The notes: generated by a model from the letters alone, not told the origin. A stretch of 64,000 nt of DNA from an uncultured Trueperaceae bacterium (GCA_963727505.1 CAVSGP010000008.1:17704-81703); one strand, 5' to 3'. Positions 29,249 through 39,205 are shown, counted from the first letter of the stretch. Numbers and translations: made by a program.

Positions 29249-30178
29249 ATGACGGGCGCGCGGGTGTGGTTCCGTCGCCACGGTCACCTGGTGGTGTTCC
29301 TGGCGCCGGGGTTGCTCCTCTACGGGCTGTTCATGGCCTACCCGCTGCTCACGTCGCTGTCGTACAGCCTGTCGGACTGGCACGGCCTGCTGCGCGGCGC
29401 CTTCTCGGGCTTCGCCAACTTCACCAAGGTCCTGACGCAGTGGCCGTACAACGTGCGCTTCTGGGGCGCGTTGAGTCACAACGCCCTGTTCTTCTTGTTG
29501 ACCTTCCTGATCCAGTCCACCCTGGGGCTGTTCCTGGCCGTGCTGCTGAGCCGCAAGTGGCGCGGCTTCGCCTTCTTCCAGGCGGCATATTTTCTTCCCT
29601 ACACGATGTCGATGGTGGTCGTGGGCTTCCTCTGGCTGCTGCTGCTCAACCCCACCTGGGGCCCCGTGGCACACGGCCTCAGGCTGGTGGGCCTGGGCGA
29701 GTGGGTGCAGCCGTGGTTGGGGCAACGCGGCACGGCCCTCGTCACCGTGATCCTGGTCAACTCCTGGCACTGGCTGGGCTTCCCGGTGCTGGTCTTCATG
29801 GCCGCCATCCAGGGCATCCCGCGCGAGTTCTACGAGGCCGGACTGGTGGACGGCGCCAACGACTGGCAGGGCTTCCGCTTCATCACCTTGCCGTTGTTGC
29901 TCCCCAGCCTCGCCATGATGTCGATCCTCACCTTCATCTGGGACTTCAACGCCTTCGAGCTCGTGTTCGTCATGCAGGGTGCGTCGGGGTCGCCGAACTA
30001 CGCCACCGACCTGCTGGCGACCCTCTTCTACCGGACCGCCTTCGGGGACCCCACCACCGGCGGCGAGCCCGGGCAGATCGGCCTGGCCTCGGCCATCGGC
30101 GTGCTGATGCTGATCATCATCGGTGCCGCCTCGGCCTTCGGCGTGCGCTTCACCCAGCGCAGCCAGACGGAGTATTGA
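29249..30178 (+). CDS. Carbohydrate ABC transporter permease
   Basis: EFYEAGLVDGAN EAA loop; multiple TMs. Confidence 0.9.
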   Translation: MTGARVWFRRHGHLVVFLAPGLLLYGLFMAYPLLTSLSYSLSDWHGLLRGAFSGFANFTKVLTQWPYNVRFWGALSHNALFFLLTFLIQSTLGLFLAVLLSRKWRGFAFFQAAYFLPYTMSMVVVGFLWLLLLNPTWGPVAHGLRLVGLGEWVQPWLGQRGTALVTVILVNSWHWLGFPVLVFMAAIQGIPREFYEAGLVDGANDWQGFRFITLPLLLPSLAMMSILTFIWDFNAFELVFVMQGASGSPNYATDLLATLFYRTAFGDPTTGGEPGQIGLASAIGVLMLIIIGAASAFGVRFTQRSQTEY

Positions 30179-30179
30179 C

Positions 30180-31043
30180 ATGCTTCCCCGCGCCCCTACG
30201 GCCCGGTCGCGCCCGCCAACAGCGCGCGTGCTCTCCCGCCTGCTGATCTACCTGGTGCTCGTGCTGCTGGCGCTGGGCTTCCTCTACCCCATCGCGCTGA
30301 TGGTGCTCGACGCCTTCAAGACGACACCCGAGATCTTCCGGAGCCCCTTCGGGCTGCCGTCGCACGTGGGCCTGGAGACCTTCCGCGAGGTCTGGCGCCG
30401 TGCCCACTTCGGCCTCTACCTGCGCAACAGCGTCCTGGTGACCGGAGGCTCGCTGGCGGTGCTGCTGGCCTGCGCGGCGCCCGCCGCCTACGCCATCGCC
30501 CGCTACCGCTTCCCGGTGCGGGGCCTGATCTTCCTGTTCTTCCTTGCCGGAATCATGGTACCGATCCGGCTCGGCATCCTCCCGCTCTATCTGCTGATGA
30601 AGCACCTGAGTCTGCTCGACACGCCGTTCTCGCTGATCCTCACGTACGCCGCGAGCGGCATGCCGATGTCGGTGTTCCTGCTGAGCACCTTCTTCCGAAC
30701 GCTCCCCAGCGATCTGGAGGACGCCGCGCGCATCGACGGCTGCAGCGAGTACCGCACTTTCTGGAGCATCATGCTGCCGCTGGTGCGCCCCGCCGTCGCC
30801 ACCGTGACGATCGTCAACGTCGTGCCCTGGTGGAACGACTTCTTCTTCCCGCTGCTGTTCCTGCAGAGCAACACCTGGAAGACGGTGCCGCTGGGCATGC
30901 AGATCTTCTTCGGTCAGCACCTGACGAACTGGAGCCTGGTGTTCGCCGGCATGCTGATGTCCAGCCTTCCCCTGCTTGTCGTCTACCTCCTGATGTCGCG
31001 GCAGTTCATCTCCGGCCTGACGTCGGGCGCGCTGAAGGGCTGA
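30180..31043 (+). CDS. Carbohydrate ABC transporter permease
   Basis: LEDAARIDGCS, WNDFFFP, C-terminal GALKG. Confidence 0.9.
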   Translation: MLPRAPTARSRPPTARVLSRLLIYLVLVLLALGFLYPIALMVLDAFKTTPEIFRSPFGLPSHVGLETFREVWRRAHFGLYLRNSVLVTGGSLAVLLACAAPAAYAIARYRFPVRGLIFLFFLAGIMVPIRLGILPLYLLMKHLSLLDTPFSLILTYAASGMPMSVFLLSTFFRTLPSDLEDAARIDGCSEYRTFWSIMLPLVRPAVATVTIVNVVPWWNDFFFPLLFLQSNTWKTVPLGMQIFFGQHLTNWSLVFAGMLMSSLPLLVVYLLMSRQFISGLTSGALKG

Positions 31044-31048
31044 GCTCC

Positions 31049-33316
31049 ATGGCGCCGATCGTCGCGCTCGGGATCGACCGCCTGGTGACCGACCCCGAGG
31101 TCTGGTTGCGGGGGCGCCGGGTGGCGCTGCTCGCCAACCATGCCTCGCTCACCTCCGAACACCGGCCCAGCGTGGACGCGCTGGGAGAGGCTCTGGGCGG
31201 CGGCCTGACGGCGTTGCTGACCCCCGAGCATGGGGCGAGCGGCTTCGAGGAGGATGCCACCGCCGTCCCGGACGGGCGTGACGCCCGCACCGGTCTCCCC
31301 GTCCACAGCCTCTACGGGCCGCGACGGCGACCCGACCCCGAGCTGCTGCGCCGCCTCGACGCGGTCGTGGTGGACCTGCGGGACGTTGGCGTGCGTTGCT
31401 ACACGTACGCCACCAGCGTGGCCCTGCTGCTCGAAGCCGCTCGCGAGACGGGCACCGAGGTGCTGGTGTGCGACCGGCCGTCGTTGCTCGGCCCGCGGGT
31501 CGACGGTCCCGCGCTCGACAGCGCGCGCCGTTCGTTCCTGGCGTATCTCGACGTTCCTCTCCAGCACGGCCTCACGCTGGGCGAGCTCGCCCGCCGCCAT
31601 GCGCGCCGGCTCGGCGGCGCGCCGCTGCGCGTGATCGCGGTCGAGGGGTGGCGCCGCGGCCAGCCGGATCCCGGGCCCTTCGTGCCCCCATCGCCCGGTC
31701 TGCCCTCGGCGGCTTCCGTGGCGTTGTACCCGGGGCTGGTCGCCCTCGAGGGCACCGGGCTCTCCGAGGGCCGTGGCACGCCGCTCCCCTTCGAGCTGGT
31801 GGGCGGTCCGGACGTCGACGGGCACGCGCTGGCCCGGGAACTGAACGCCCTCGGGCTGGGGGGCGTGTGGGCGCGGCCGGTGGCGTTCCGCCCGGACAGC
31901 GGCAAGCTCATGGGGCTGGCGTGCCAAGGGGTGCAGCTCCACCTCTCCGACCCCGCCGCGCTGCGGCCGCTCGAGCTCGGCGCCGCCGTGCTGCGCGCGC
32001 TGTTCGCGGCCGGGAAGGTGAGCTGGCGGCGGTCGGACGCCATGCCGTGGGCGCAGGCGCCGGACGCGGGGCGGCCCTGGCACGAGCCGGTGGAGGGCTT
32101 GCTGGTCGATGCCCTGTTGGGCGACGACAGTTTCCGTGCGGTGGCGGAGGGGCGGGTGTCGTTCGCGGATGCGGCCGGGCTCTGGGCGGAGCAGCACCAC
32201 GCCTACCTGGAGGCGTTGGACGGCGACCTGCTGTACCGTCCTGCACCTGCTGCATGGCCTGCAGGGACGTCGCAGGTGGCGTCGCGGGTGGCGCCGCATG
32301 GTCCAGCGCTCGGAGCGAGTCCGGCGCGGGCGGCGCCTCCGAGCGACGCGCGTCCGGCAGGGAACGACGCGCCGGCGGCGAGCCAAGGGACGCGTCAGGG
32401 CGGCCCGCTCGGCCTCGGCATCGACGCGGGCGGCTCGAGCACGCGCTGGCGGCTCGAGGGCCCCGCCGGGGCGGTGGCGGAGGGGCGGTTGCCAGCACTC
32501 GCCGGGCACCTCTACGACGACGCCGGGCGCAGCGATGCCGGCGCCCGGTTGAGCGAGCTGGCGGCGGCGGTGGCCGCCGCCTCGGCCGAGCCGCCGACGG
32601 CGGTGGTGGCCGGCGTCACGGGCCTGGCGCAGGCAGGCGCAGAAGCCACCTGGCTGCGTCGCGAGCTGGCCGCCGGGATCGGCCTTGCCGAAGCGGCGGT
32701 GACCGTGCTCGACGACATCGAGCTGGCCCTCAGGGCGGCCTTCGCGGGGGACGACGGTGTGCTGGTGTACGCCGGCACCGGTGCGATCGCCGTCGCCCGC
32801 GCGGGCGGTCAGCGGCTTCGCGCGGGTGGCCACGGCTACCTCCTGGACGACGATGGAGGGGGCTTCTCGATCGGGCGCGCGGCGCTCCGCGCCGTGCTGC
32901 GCCAGACCGACGCCCGTGGCAGCACGCCGGACACACCTCTCGCGCACCGGCTCTACGGCGCGATCGGGGGTGCCGACTGGGACAGGGTGCGCGCCTACGT
33001 CTACGGCGGCGGTCGCGGCGCCGTGGCGGCGCTGGTGCCGCTCGTCGTGCAGGCGGCGGCCGACGGGGACGGCGAGGCGCGCGCGATTCTGACGTGGGCC
33101 GGAGAGGAGCTCGCGCGCCTCGCCCGCCTCCTGCTCCAGCGCTGCGGCGAGCCGCGCCCGGTGGCTCTGGCAGGGGGGGTGGCCAAGGTCGGAGGCGCGC
33201 TCGAGGCGAGGTTCCGGGGCGCGCTGCCGGCGGGTACGGAAGTCCGCGTGCTCACGGACGAACCTGTCCGTGCGGCGGCCCGCCTGGCGTGGGTAGCAGC
33301 GCAGGGCGCGCGATAA
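31049..33316 (+). CDS. Fusion: exo-beta-N-acetylmuramidase NamZ (DUF1343) + BadF/BadG/BcrA/BcrD-family amino-sugar kinase
   Basis: N-terminal: ALLANHAS, PEHG, SLYG, DLRDVGVRCYTY, DRP, HGLTLGELA, PSPGLP, SEGRGT. C-terminal: GIDAGGSSTR, YAGTGA, RAGGHGYLLDDDGGG, LAGGV. Single uninterrupted ORF. Confidence 0.85.
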   Translation: MAPIVALGIDRLVTDPEVWLRGRRVALLANHASLTSEHRPSVDALGEALGGGLTALLTPEHGASGFEEDATAVPDGRDARTGLPVHSLYGPRRRPDPELLRRLDAVVVDLRDVGVRCYTYATSVALLLEAARETGTEVLVCDRPSLLGPRVDGPALDSARRSFLAYLDVPLQHGLTLGELARRHARRLGGAPLRVIAVEGWRRGQPDPGPFVPPSPGLPSAASVALYPGLVALEGTGLSEGRGTPLPFELVGGPDVDGHALARELNALGLGGVWARPVAFRPDSGKLMGLACQGVQLHLSDPAALRPLELGAAVLRALFAAGKVSWRRSDAMPWAQAPDAGRPWHEPVEGLLVDALLGDDSFRAVAEGRVSFADAAGLWAEQHHAYLEALDGDLLYRPAPAAWPAGTSQVASRVAPHGPALGASPARAAPPSDARPAGNDAPAASQGTRQGGPLGLGIDAGGSSTRWRLEGPAGAVAEGRLPALAGHLYDDAGRSDAGARLSELAAAVAAASAEPPTAVVAGVTGLAQAGAEATWLRRELAAGIGLAEAAVTVLDDIELALRAAFAGDDGVLVYAGTGAIAVARAGGQRLRAGGHGYLLDDDGGGFSIGRAALRAVLRQTDARGSTPDTPLAHRLYGAIGGADWDRVRAYVYGGGRGAVAALVPLVVQAAADGDGEARAILTWAGEELARLARLLLQRCGEPRPVALAGGVAKVGGALEARFRGALPAGTEVRVLTDEPVRAAARLAWVAAQGAR

Positions 33317-33358
33317 CGCTTCGATACCGCCGGGTCTGGCGCGCGGCCGCGAGCCTAC

Positions 33359-34342
33359 TCAGCCGTGCGCCAGACCCTCCCGCACGAAGCGGAGCTGCTC
33401 CAGCACGTGGAGCGTCTCGCCGCCCTCGTGCCCGTTGAAGCGGTACAGGCGCAGGGTCTTGGGTCCGGCGTAGTGGTTGTAGGTGGCGTACACCGTCGAC
33501 GGCGGTGAGATGAGGTCCATCAGGCCCGCCGAGAACAGGGCGCGCGCCGAGGCCCGGGCCGCGAAGTTCATGCCGTCGAAGTAGGCCAGGGTCGCGAAGA
33601 CGGCGCCCACCTTGCCCTTGTGGACCTTGCAGTAGCCGGCGATCTCGGCGTAGGGCGCAGCGTCGGTGATGGTGGCGGCGCGCTCGAAGTGGCACAGGAA
33701 GGGCACGTCCGGCAACGCCAGCGGCAGGTCGGGCACCAGGCCCGCCAGCGCCAGCGTGAGGCCGCCGCCCTGGCTCCGGCCGGTGGCCGCCACGCGTGCC
33801 GGGTCGACCGCCGGATGGGCGCGCAGGGTGCCCAGCGCCCGGACCGCGTCGGTGTACAGGCGACGGAAGTAGTAGGTCTCCGGGTCGAGGATGCCCGCCG
33901 TCATGAAGCCGGGATGGTGCGGCCCGGTGGCGTTGGGGTCGTCCATGGGATCGGCCGTGGCTCCCTCCAGCCAGGCGCTCCCCTGGCCGCGGGTGTCCAT
34001 CACCAGCGTGGCGAAGCCGGCGCTGGGCCACAGCAACCAGTCGGCGGGGAAGCCGCGACCGCCTCCGTAGCCGATGAACTCCACCATGCCCGGTAGCGGC
34101 CCGTCGCGGAGCTTCGGCAAGAGCAGCCAGCCGCGCACCGGCTGGCCCGCGAAGCCGGCGAAGGTGACGTCGAAGGCGTCGATGGTTGCCAGACCGGCGT
34201 CGAACGGTTCGAAGCGCGGCTCCCAGGCGCGTGCTTCGGCGTCGTCGAGGGTTGCTTTCCAGAAGGCATCGAAGTCATCGGGTGCGGTGAGGGGCGGGAG
34301 GTAGCGTTCGAGTTCCTCCAGGGGCAGGTCGAAGACAGCCAT
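33359..34342 (-). CDS. Acetylxylan esterase / cephalosporin-C deacetylase (CE7, AXE1)
   Basis: FDLPLEEL, P.DFDAFW, RGQ, GRSQGG, D..ISPPST, GHE. Confidence 0.92.
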   Translation of the reverse strand: MAVFDLPLEELERYLPPLTAPDDFDAFWKATLDDAEARAWEPRFEPFDAGLATIDAFDVTFAGFAGQPVRGWLLLPKLRDGPLPGMVEFIGYGGGRGFPADWLLWPSAGFATLVMDTRGQGSAWLEGATADPMDDPNATGPHHPGFMTAGILDPETYYFRRLYTDAVRALGTLRAHPAVDPARVAATGRSQGGGLTLALAGLVPDLPLALPDVPFLCHFERAATITDAAPYAEIAGYCKVHKGKVGAVFATLAYFDGMNFAARASARALFSAGLMDLISPPSTVYATYNHYAGPKTLRLYRFNGHEGGETLHVLEQLRFVREGLAHG

Positions 34343-34423
34343 GGGGCTTCCTTCCTCGCGCGGTGTGCCGCGGGCACGCCCAGGCTACCCGGTCGAGCGG
34401 CGCTTCTCGGCGCTGCGTGCGGG

Positions 34424-34613
34424 TCACACGTCTCGCCCGCGCAGGGTGGGGTCCAGCAGGTCCCGCATGCGCGGCATGCTTGTGCGTGGGCTGTCCTATC
34501 ACGTCTCGTCCCGCGCAGGGTGGGGTCCAGGAGGTCCCGCATGCGCGGCATGCTTGTGCGTGGGGCCTACACGTCCCTCCCGCGCAAGGTCGGGTCCAGG
34601 AGGTCCCGCATGC
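34424..34613. repeat. Three tandem ~70-bp copies of the dppC 3' end
   Basis: Copies at about 34424-34497, 34498-34566 and 34567-34613 (the last is inside the CDS). On the minus strand each encodes MRDLLDPTLRG. Confidence 0.9.
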
Positions 34614-35415
34614 CGTCGCCGAAGAGATTGAAGCCCAGCGAGGCCAGCAGGATGGCGAGTCCCGAGACGATCGACACCCAGGGCGAGAGGAGCATGTAGT
34701 CGCGGCTCTGCGAGAGCATCAGGCCCAGCGAGGGGGTGGGCGGCTGCGTGCCGAGGCCGAGGAAGCTCAGGCTGGCCTCGACCAGGATGGCGGTGGAGAG
34801 CGAGAGCGTGGTCTGCACCAGGATGGGCGCAAGGATGTTGGGCAGCACGTGGCGCATGATGATGCGCCCACCTCCCGCTCCCACCGCGCGGGCCGCGGCG
34901 ACGTAGTCCCACGACAGCACTGTCAGTGCGGGCCCACGGGCGAGCCGCGCGAAGATCGGCGTGTAGACGATGCCGATCGCCAGCGCCGTGTTGGTGCCGC
35001 CCGGACCCAGCACGGCCAGCACCGCGATGGCCAGCAGGATGATGGGGAATGCCAGCAGCACGTCCATGAGGCGCATCAGCAGGCGGTCGACCCAGCCGCC
35101 GAGGTACGCGGCGACAAGGCCGATGGTGGAGCCCAGCAACGTCGACAGGGCCACGGCACCGAACGACACCGCGATGGAGGTGCGGTAGCCGAAGAGGATG
35201 CGCGCCAGGGTGTCCCGGCCGAAGTTGTCCGTGCCGAGCAAGTGGTGGAGGCTGGGTCCCTCGAAGCGCTCCAACACGCTCTGGTGCAGAGGGTCGATGC
35301 CGACGACCCAGGGTCCGACGGAAGCGGCCAGCGCGACCAGGACAGCCAGCACGAAGCCCAGCATGCCGACGCGGTTGCGCCACAACCGCGCCAGGAAGTG
35401 ACGCACGGGCGCCAT
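34567..35415 (-). CDS. Peptide/Ni ABC transporter permease (DppC-like)
   Basis: HLLGTDNFGRD, RHVLPN, LSFLGLG, FNLFGDGMRDLLDP. Confidence 0.92.
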   Translation of the reverse strand: MAPVRHFLARLWRNRVGMLGFVLAVLVALAASVGPWVVGIDPLHQSVLERFEGPSLHHLLGTDNFGRDTLARILFGYRTSIAVSFGAVALSTLLGSTIGLVAAYLGGWVDRLLMRLMDVLLAFPIILLAIAVLAVLGPGGTNTALAIGIVYTPIFARLARGPALTVLSWDYVAAARAVGAGGGRIIMRHVLPNILAPILVQTTLSLSTAILVEASLSFLGLGTQPPTPSLGLMLSQSRDYMLLSPWVSIVSGLAILLASLGFNLFGDGMRDLLDPTLRGRDV

Positions 35416-36365
35416 CACCCGTACTCCACCCGCGGGTCGATCCAGGCGTAGGCCAGGTCGACGAGCAGGTTGACCACCACGAACACCGCGGTGATGGCGA
35501 GGACGATGCCCTGGATGAGCGGGTAGTTGCGCTGGTTGATGGCGCCGATGATCAGACGTCCGATGCCGGGGATGGCGAACACCTGCTCGATGACCACCAC
35601 GCCCGACAGCAGGTATCCGAGCTGCACGCCGATCACCGTGACGACCGGGATCATGGCGTTGCGCAGGGCGTGCTTGTAGAGCACCGGCCGTTCCGCCAGG
35701 CCCTTGGAGCGCGCCGTGCGGACGTAGTCGCTGTTGAGCACGTCGAGCAGGCTCGAGCGCAGGATGCGCGTCAGCCCCGCGATCATCGGTAGCGACACGG
35801 CCACCACCGGCAGCGCCATGCGCGCCAGGTTGCCGAGCGGATCCTGGCCGAACGGGACGTACCCGATCGCCGGCCAACCCGGCAGATAGAGCGAGAAGAC
35901 GAGCAGCATCAGCACGCCGACCCAGAAGGTCGGCAGCGTCAATCCCACGATCGACAGCACCCGAACCACCAGGTCGCTGGCGCTTCCGCGCGCGCGGGCC
36001 GACAGGACCCCGAGTGGGAAGGAGAGCACCAGCGCCAGCAGCAGCGCCAGTCCCGTGATCTCGAGGGTGGCGGGCGCGCGCGCCAGGATCTCGGCGCTCA
36101 CCGGCCGCCCGGTCCAGATGCTGGTACCCAGGTCGCCGTGCAGCACGCCCGTCAACCAGCGCCAATATTGCGCGTGGATGGGCAGGTCGAGGCCCAGGCT
36201 GTGGCGCAGCGCGGCGACCCGGTCGGGCGTGATGTCGGTGTTGGCCCCCAGCATGATCTCGACGGCGTCCCCGGGGATGAAGCGCACCATCAGGAACACC
36301 AGGATCGAGACGCCGAGTAGCACGAAGGCGAGGTCGATGAGGCGGCGGGCGATGTAACCGATCAT
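35415..36365 (-). CDS. Peptide/Ni ABC transporter permease (DppB-like)
   Basis: IPGDA, LGLD, GDLGTS, DYVRTARSKG, HALRNA, EQVFAIPGIG. Confidence 0.92.
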   Translation of the reverse strand: MIGYIARRLIDLAFVLLGVSILVFLMVRFIPGDAVEIMLGANTDITPDRVAALRHSLGLDLPIHAQYWRWLTGVLHGDLGTSIWTGRPVSAEILARAPATLEITGLALLLALVLSFPLGVLSARARGSASDLVVRVLSIVGLTLPTFWVGVLMLLVFSLYLPGWPAIGYVPFGQDPLGNLARMALPVVAVSLPMIAGLTRILRSSLLDVLNSDYVRTARSKGLAERPVLYKHALRNAMIPVVTVIGVQLGYLLSGVVVIEQVFAIPGIGRLIIGAINQRNYPLIQGIVLAITAVFVVVNLLVDLAYAWIDPRVEYG

Positions 36366-36486
36366 GCGGGCACGGGTGTCATGCGCGAACCTTGAGCGCT
36401 CGGGGGCGCGAGAGGGGTGGGGGCGCACACGCCCCCACCCCAGGCTAGCCCGAAGGGCCGCTTCGAGCGCGACGGGAACGGCGGCG

Positions 36487-37987
36487 CTACGGCAGGCTCA
36501 CCTCGCGCAGGTAGCGCAGGCCGCGCGTGGGCATCTGCTGGAAGCCCTGGACGTTGTCGCGCAGGCCCGTGAAGAGCGTCCCGTAGGCGATGTGGACGAT
36601 GGGTCCGGTGCAGGCGAGCTGCTTCTGGAGGTTGTCGTAGATCGCCTGGCGCTGGCCCTTGTCGGCGGTGGTGCGGCCCTGGTCGAGCAGGGTGTCGACC
36701 GACGGGTCGCTGAACTTGAAGATGTTGGTCGAGCCGCCGGTGTGGAACGTGCGGTAGAGGTAGCCGTCGGGGTCGGTGGAGCCGCCGTTCAGGCTCACGA
36801 ACATGTCGAAGTTCGAGTTCTTCCAGTCCTGGACGAACTTGCCGAACTCCTCCACATCGACCTTGGCGTCGATGCCGACCTGCGCGAGCTGCGCCTGGAG
36901 CACCTGGGCGGTGTCGGACACCTCCTTGATGGTGCCGAAGGTGATGATGGTGGTCTTGAAGCCGTTGGGGTAGCCGGCGTCGGCCAGCAACTGCTTGGCC
37001 TTCGCCACGCTGGGCTGGTAGCAGGGGAACTGCGAGACCGGCACGGCCCAGTCCTTCAGCGCCGGGCTGAGTGGGCCGCCCGGCACGGCGTTGCCGAGGT
37101 AGACGGCCTGCACGATGTCGGAGCGGTTCACCGCGTAGTTGATGGCCTCACGCACGCGCGGGTCGTCGAAGGGCTTGCGGCTGACGTTGAGGCCGAGCAG
37201 CGAGTAGGCAAGATCTTGCGTGCCCATCACGGTGACGCCGCCGGCGTTCTTGAGCGTCTGCGCGGTGACGGGGTCGACCGTGGGGAGGAGCTGGTAGGTG
37301 CCGGTGCGCAGCCCCGCGGCCCGGGTGGACGCCTCGGGCACGATGTTGAACTTGAGCTCGGCCACCTTGGGCTCGCCCGGCCGGTAGTAGTCGGGGTTCG
37401 CCTTGAGCAGCACGTAGGTGTCGGGGACGACCTTGTCGAGCTCGAAGGGGCCGGTGCCGACCGCCACCTTCTGCAGGTTGCCGTTGGCCTCGACGACCTC
37501 CTTGGGCACGACGTAGAGGTTGGTGAGGTTGGCGAGGAAGGGAGCGAACGGCTCCTTCAGCGTGAAGCGCACCTCGTACGGTCCCGTGGCCTCGATCTTG
37601 GACACCTCGCTGAAGCGGCTGGCCTGCGGCGAGCCGGTGTTGGGGTCCATGATGCGGTCGTAGGAGTAGACGACGTCGGCCGACGTCATCTGCGCGGCCG
37701 TTGTGGAACTTGACGCCCTGGCGCAGCTCGAACGTGTAGCTCAGGCCGTCGGGCGACACCGACCACGACGTCGCCAGCGCGGGCTCGAGCTGGAGCTTGC
37801 TGTTGACCTCCAGCAGCCCCTCGTAGATCTGGTCGACCACGGCGAAGGACGAGAAGGCCGTGACGATGTCGGGGTCGAGACCGACCGGCGATTGGTCGAC
37901 GGCGATCTCGAGCGTTCCCTGTTGCGCATACGCCAGGCTCATGGCGGCGACGAGCGCTGCTACGAGCAGACCGATACGGATTCGCAT
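36487..37987 (-). pseudogene. Peptide ABC substrate-binding protein (DppA-like), split by a 1-nt insertion (real or sequencing error)
   Basis: Signal peptide...LDP...YEGL...LRQGVKFHNG in one frame continues as AQMTSADVVYS...VGTGPF in another. Removing one C at about 37696 restores the frame. GGAGG RBS. Confidence 0.85.
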
Positions 37988-38119
37988 ACCAACCTCCTTC
38001 TGCGATGGTGGCAGGGAAGCCCGTCCCCCACGCAAGCCACGGCTGCCGACGGAACAATTGCGACGCGCCTAGTGTACCATTCCCAGACCAGTCGATTCAA
38101 TCGTGCTAGCGTTGCGGCC

Positions 38120-39205
38120 ATGAACCATGCAGCAGCGGCCGAGGCCCGGGGCCGGGACGCCGTGGCAGCCGCCCTCGAGGCGGCGGTCGCGGACGGGACG
38201 GTGCCGGGAGGCGTGCTCCTGGTCGGCGGCGCCGACCACGTCTGGGACCCCGTCGTCGCCGGCGTACGGCGCTACGGGGGGGAGCGCGTGACGCGCGACA
38301 CCCGCTACGACCTCGCCTCGCTCACCAAGGTCGTCGGCTGCCTGAGCGCCCTGTTGCACCTCCTCGACGCCGGTGCGCTGACCCTGGACGACCCGGTCCG
38401 GAAGTTCTTCAGCAACGCCGGCTGGTTCCAGGAACCCTCGCTCGGCGACGTTCGCCTCGAAGCGCTCGCCACCCACGTGTCGGGCCTGCCGGCGTGGCGG
38501 GCGCTGTTCGCGCAGGTCACAGGGCGCCGCATGGCCCTGGCCAGCGTGTTGCAGACGCCGCTCGAAGGGCCCGCCGACCGCTTCCGCTACTCCGATCTCG
38601 GGGTCATCGTCCTGACGGCCGTCATCGAGCGCGTCGCCGGGGAGCGGATCGATGCGCTGCTGGCGCGCGAAGTCTTCGAGCCGCTCGGCATGGACCGCAC
38701 CGGCTACGGCCCGCTCGACCCCGGCCTCCCCGTCGCCGCCACCGAGGACGACGGCCTGCGCGGTGGTGTCCTGCAGGGCGTCGTCCACGACGAGAACGCC
38801 TGGGCGTTGGAGGGTATCTCCGGGCACGCCGGCCTGTTCGCCCCGGCTTCCGACGTGCTCGCCTTCGGCCTGGCCTGGCTGCGGCTCCAGGCGCCGTTCG
38901 CCTCGGAGGGCACGCTCCGGTCGGCCCTGCGCGATCGCTCCGGCGGCGAGGGCGCTCGTCGCGGCCTGCTGTGGCGCCTGGGCGAGCCCGATGGGTTCTT
39001 CGGGCCGGAGACGACGGAGGCGGCGTTCGGGCACACCGGCTTCACCGGCACCAGCCTGGTGGTGGAGCCGCGTCAGGGCTGGACGGCCGCCCTCCTCACC
39101 AACCGCGTGCACCCGACCCGCGAGGCGGGTGCCGGGATCGACGACCTGCGCAGGCGCGTGCACGGCCTGGTGGCCGGCGCGTTCGACGAGGAGGCGCTGC
39201 GATGA
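38120..39205 (+). CDS. Serine hydrolase, beta-lactamase/AmpC family (AmiE-like muramyl-peptide amidase by context)
   Basis: SLTK (SxxK), YSD, GVVHDENA, GHAGLF, GHTGFTGT; no signal peptide. Confidence 0.85.
   Translation: MNHAAAAEARGRDAVAAALEAAVADGTVPGGVLLVGGADHVWDPVVAGVRRYGGERVTRDTRYDLASLTKVVGCLSALLHLLDAGALTLDDPVRKFFSNAGWFQEPSLGDVRLEALATHVSGLPAWRALFAQVTGRRMALASVLQTPLEGPADRFRYSDLGVIVLTAVIERVAGERIDALLAREVFEPLGMDRTGYGPLDPGLPVAATEDDGLRGGVLQGVVHDENAWALEGISGHAGLFAPASDVLAFGLAWLRLQAPFASEGTLRSALRDRSGGEGARRGLLWRLGEPDGFFGPETTEAAFGHTGFTGTSLVVEPRQGWTAALLTNRVHPTREAGAGIDDLRRRVHGLVAGAFDEEALR

Noticed and set aside
27688..38080. Shared TGTACCA motif at 27690 and 38073 as a GntR operator
   Set aside because: Both are more simply the reverse complement of extended -10 elements (TGG-TACAAT, TGG-TACACT) for gntR and the dppA-like gene.
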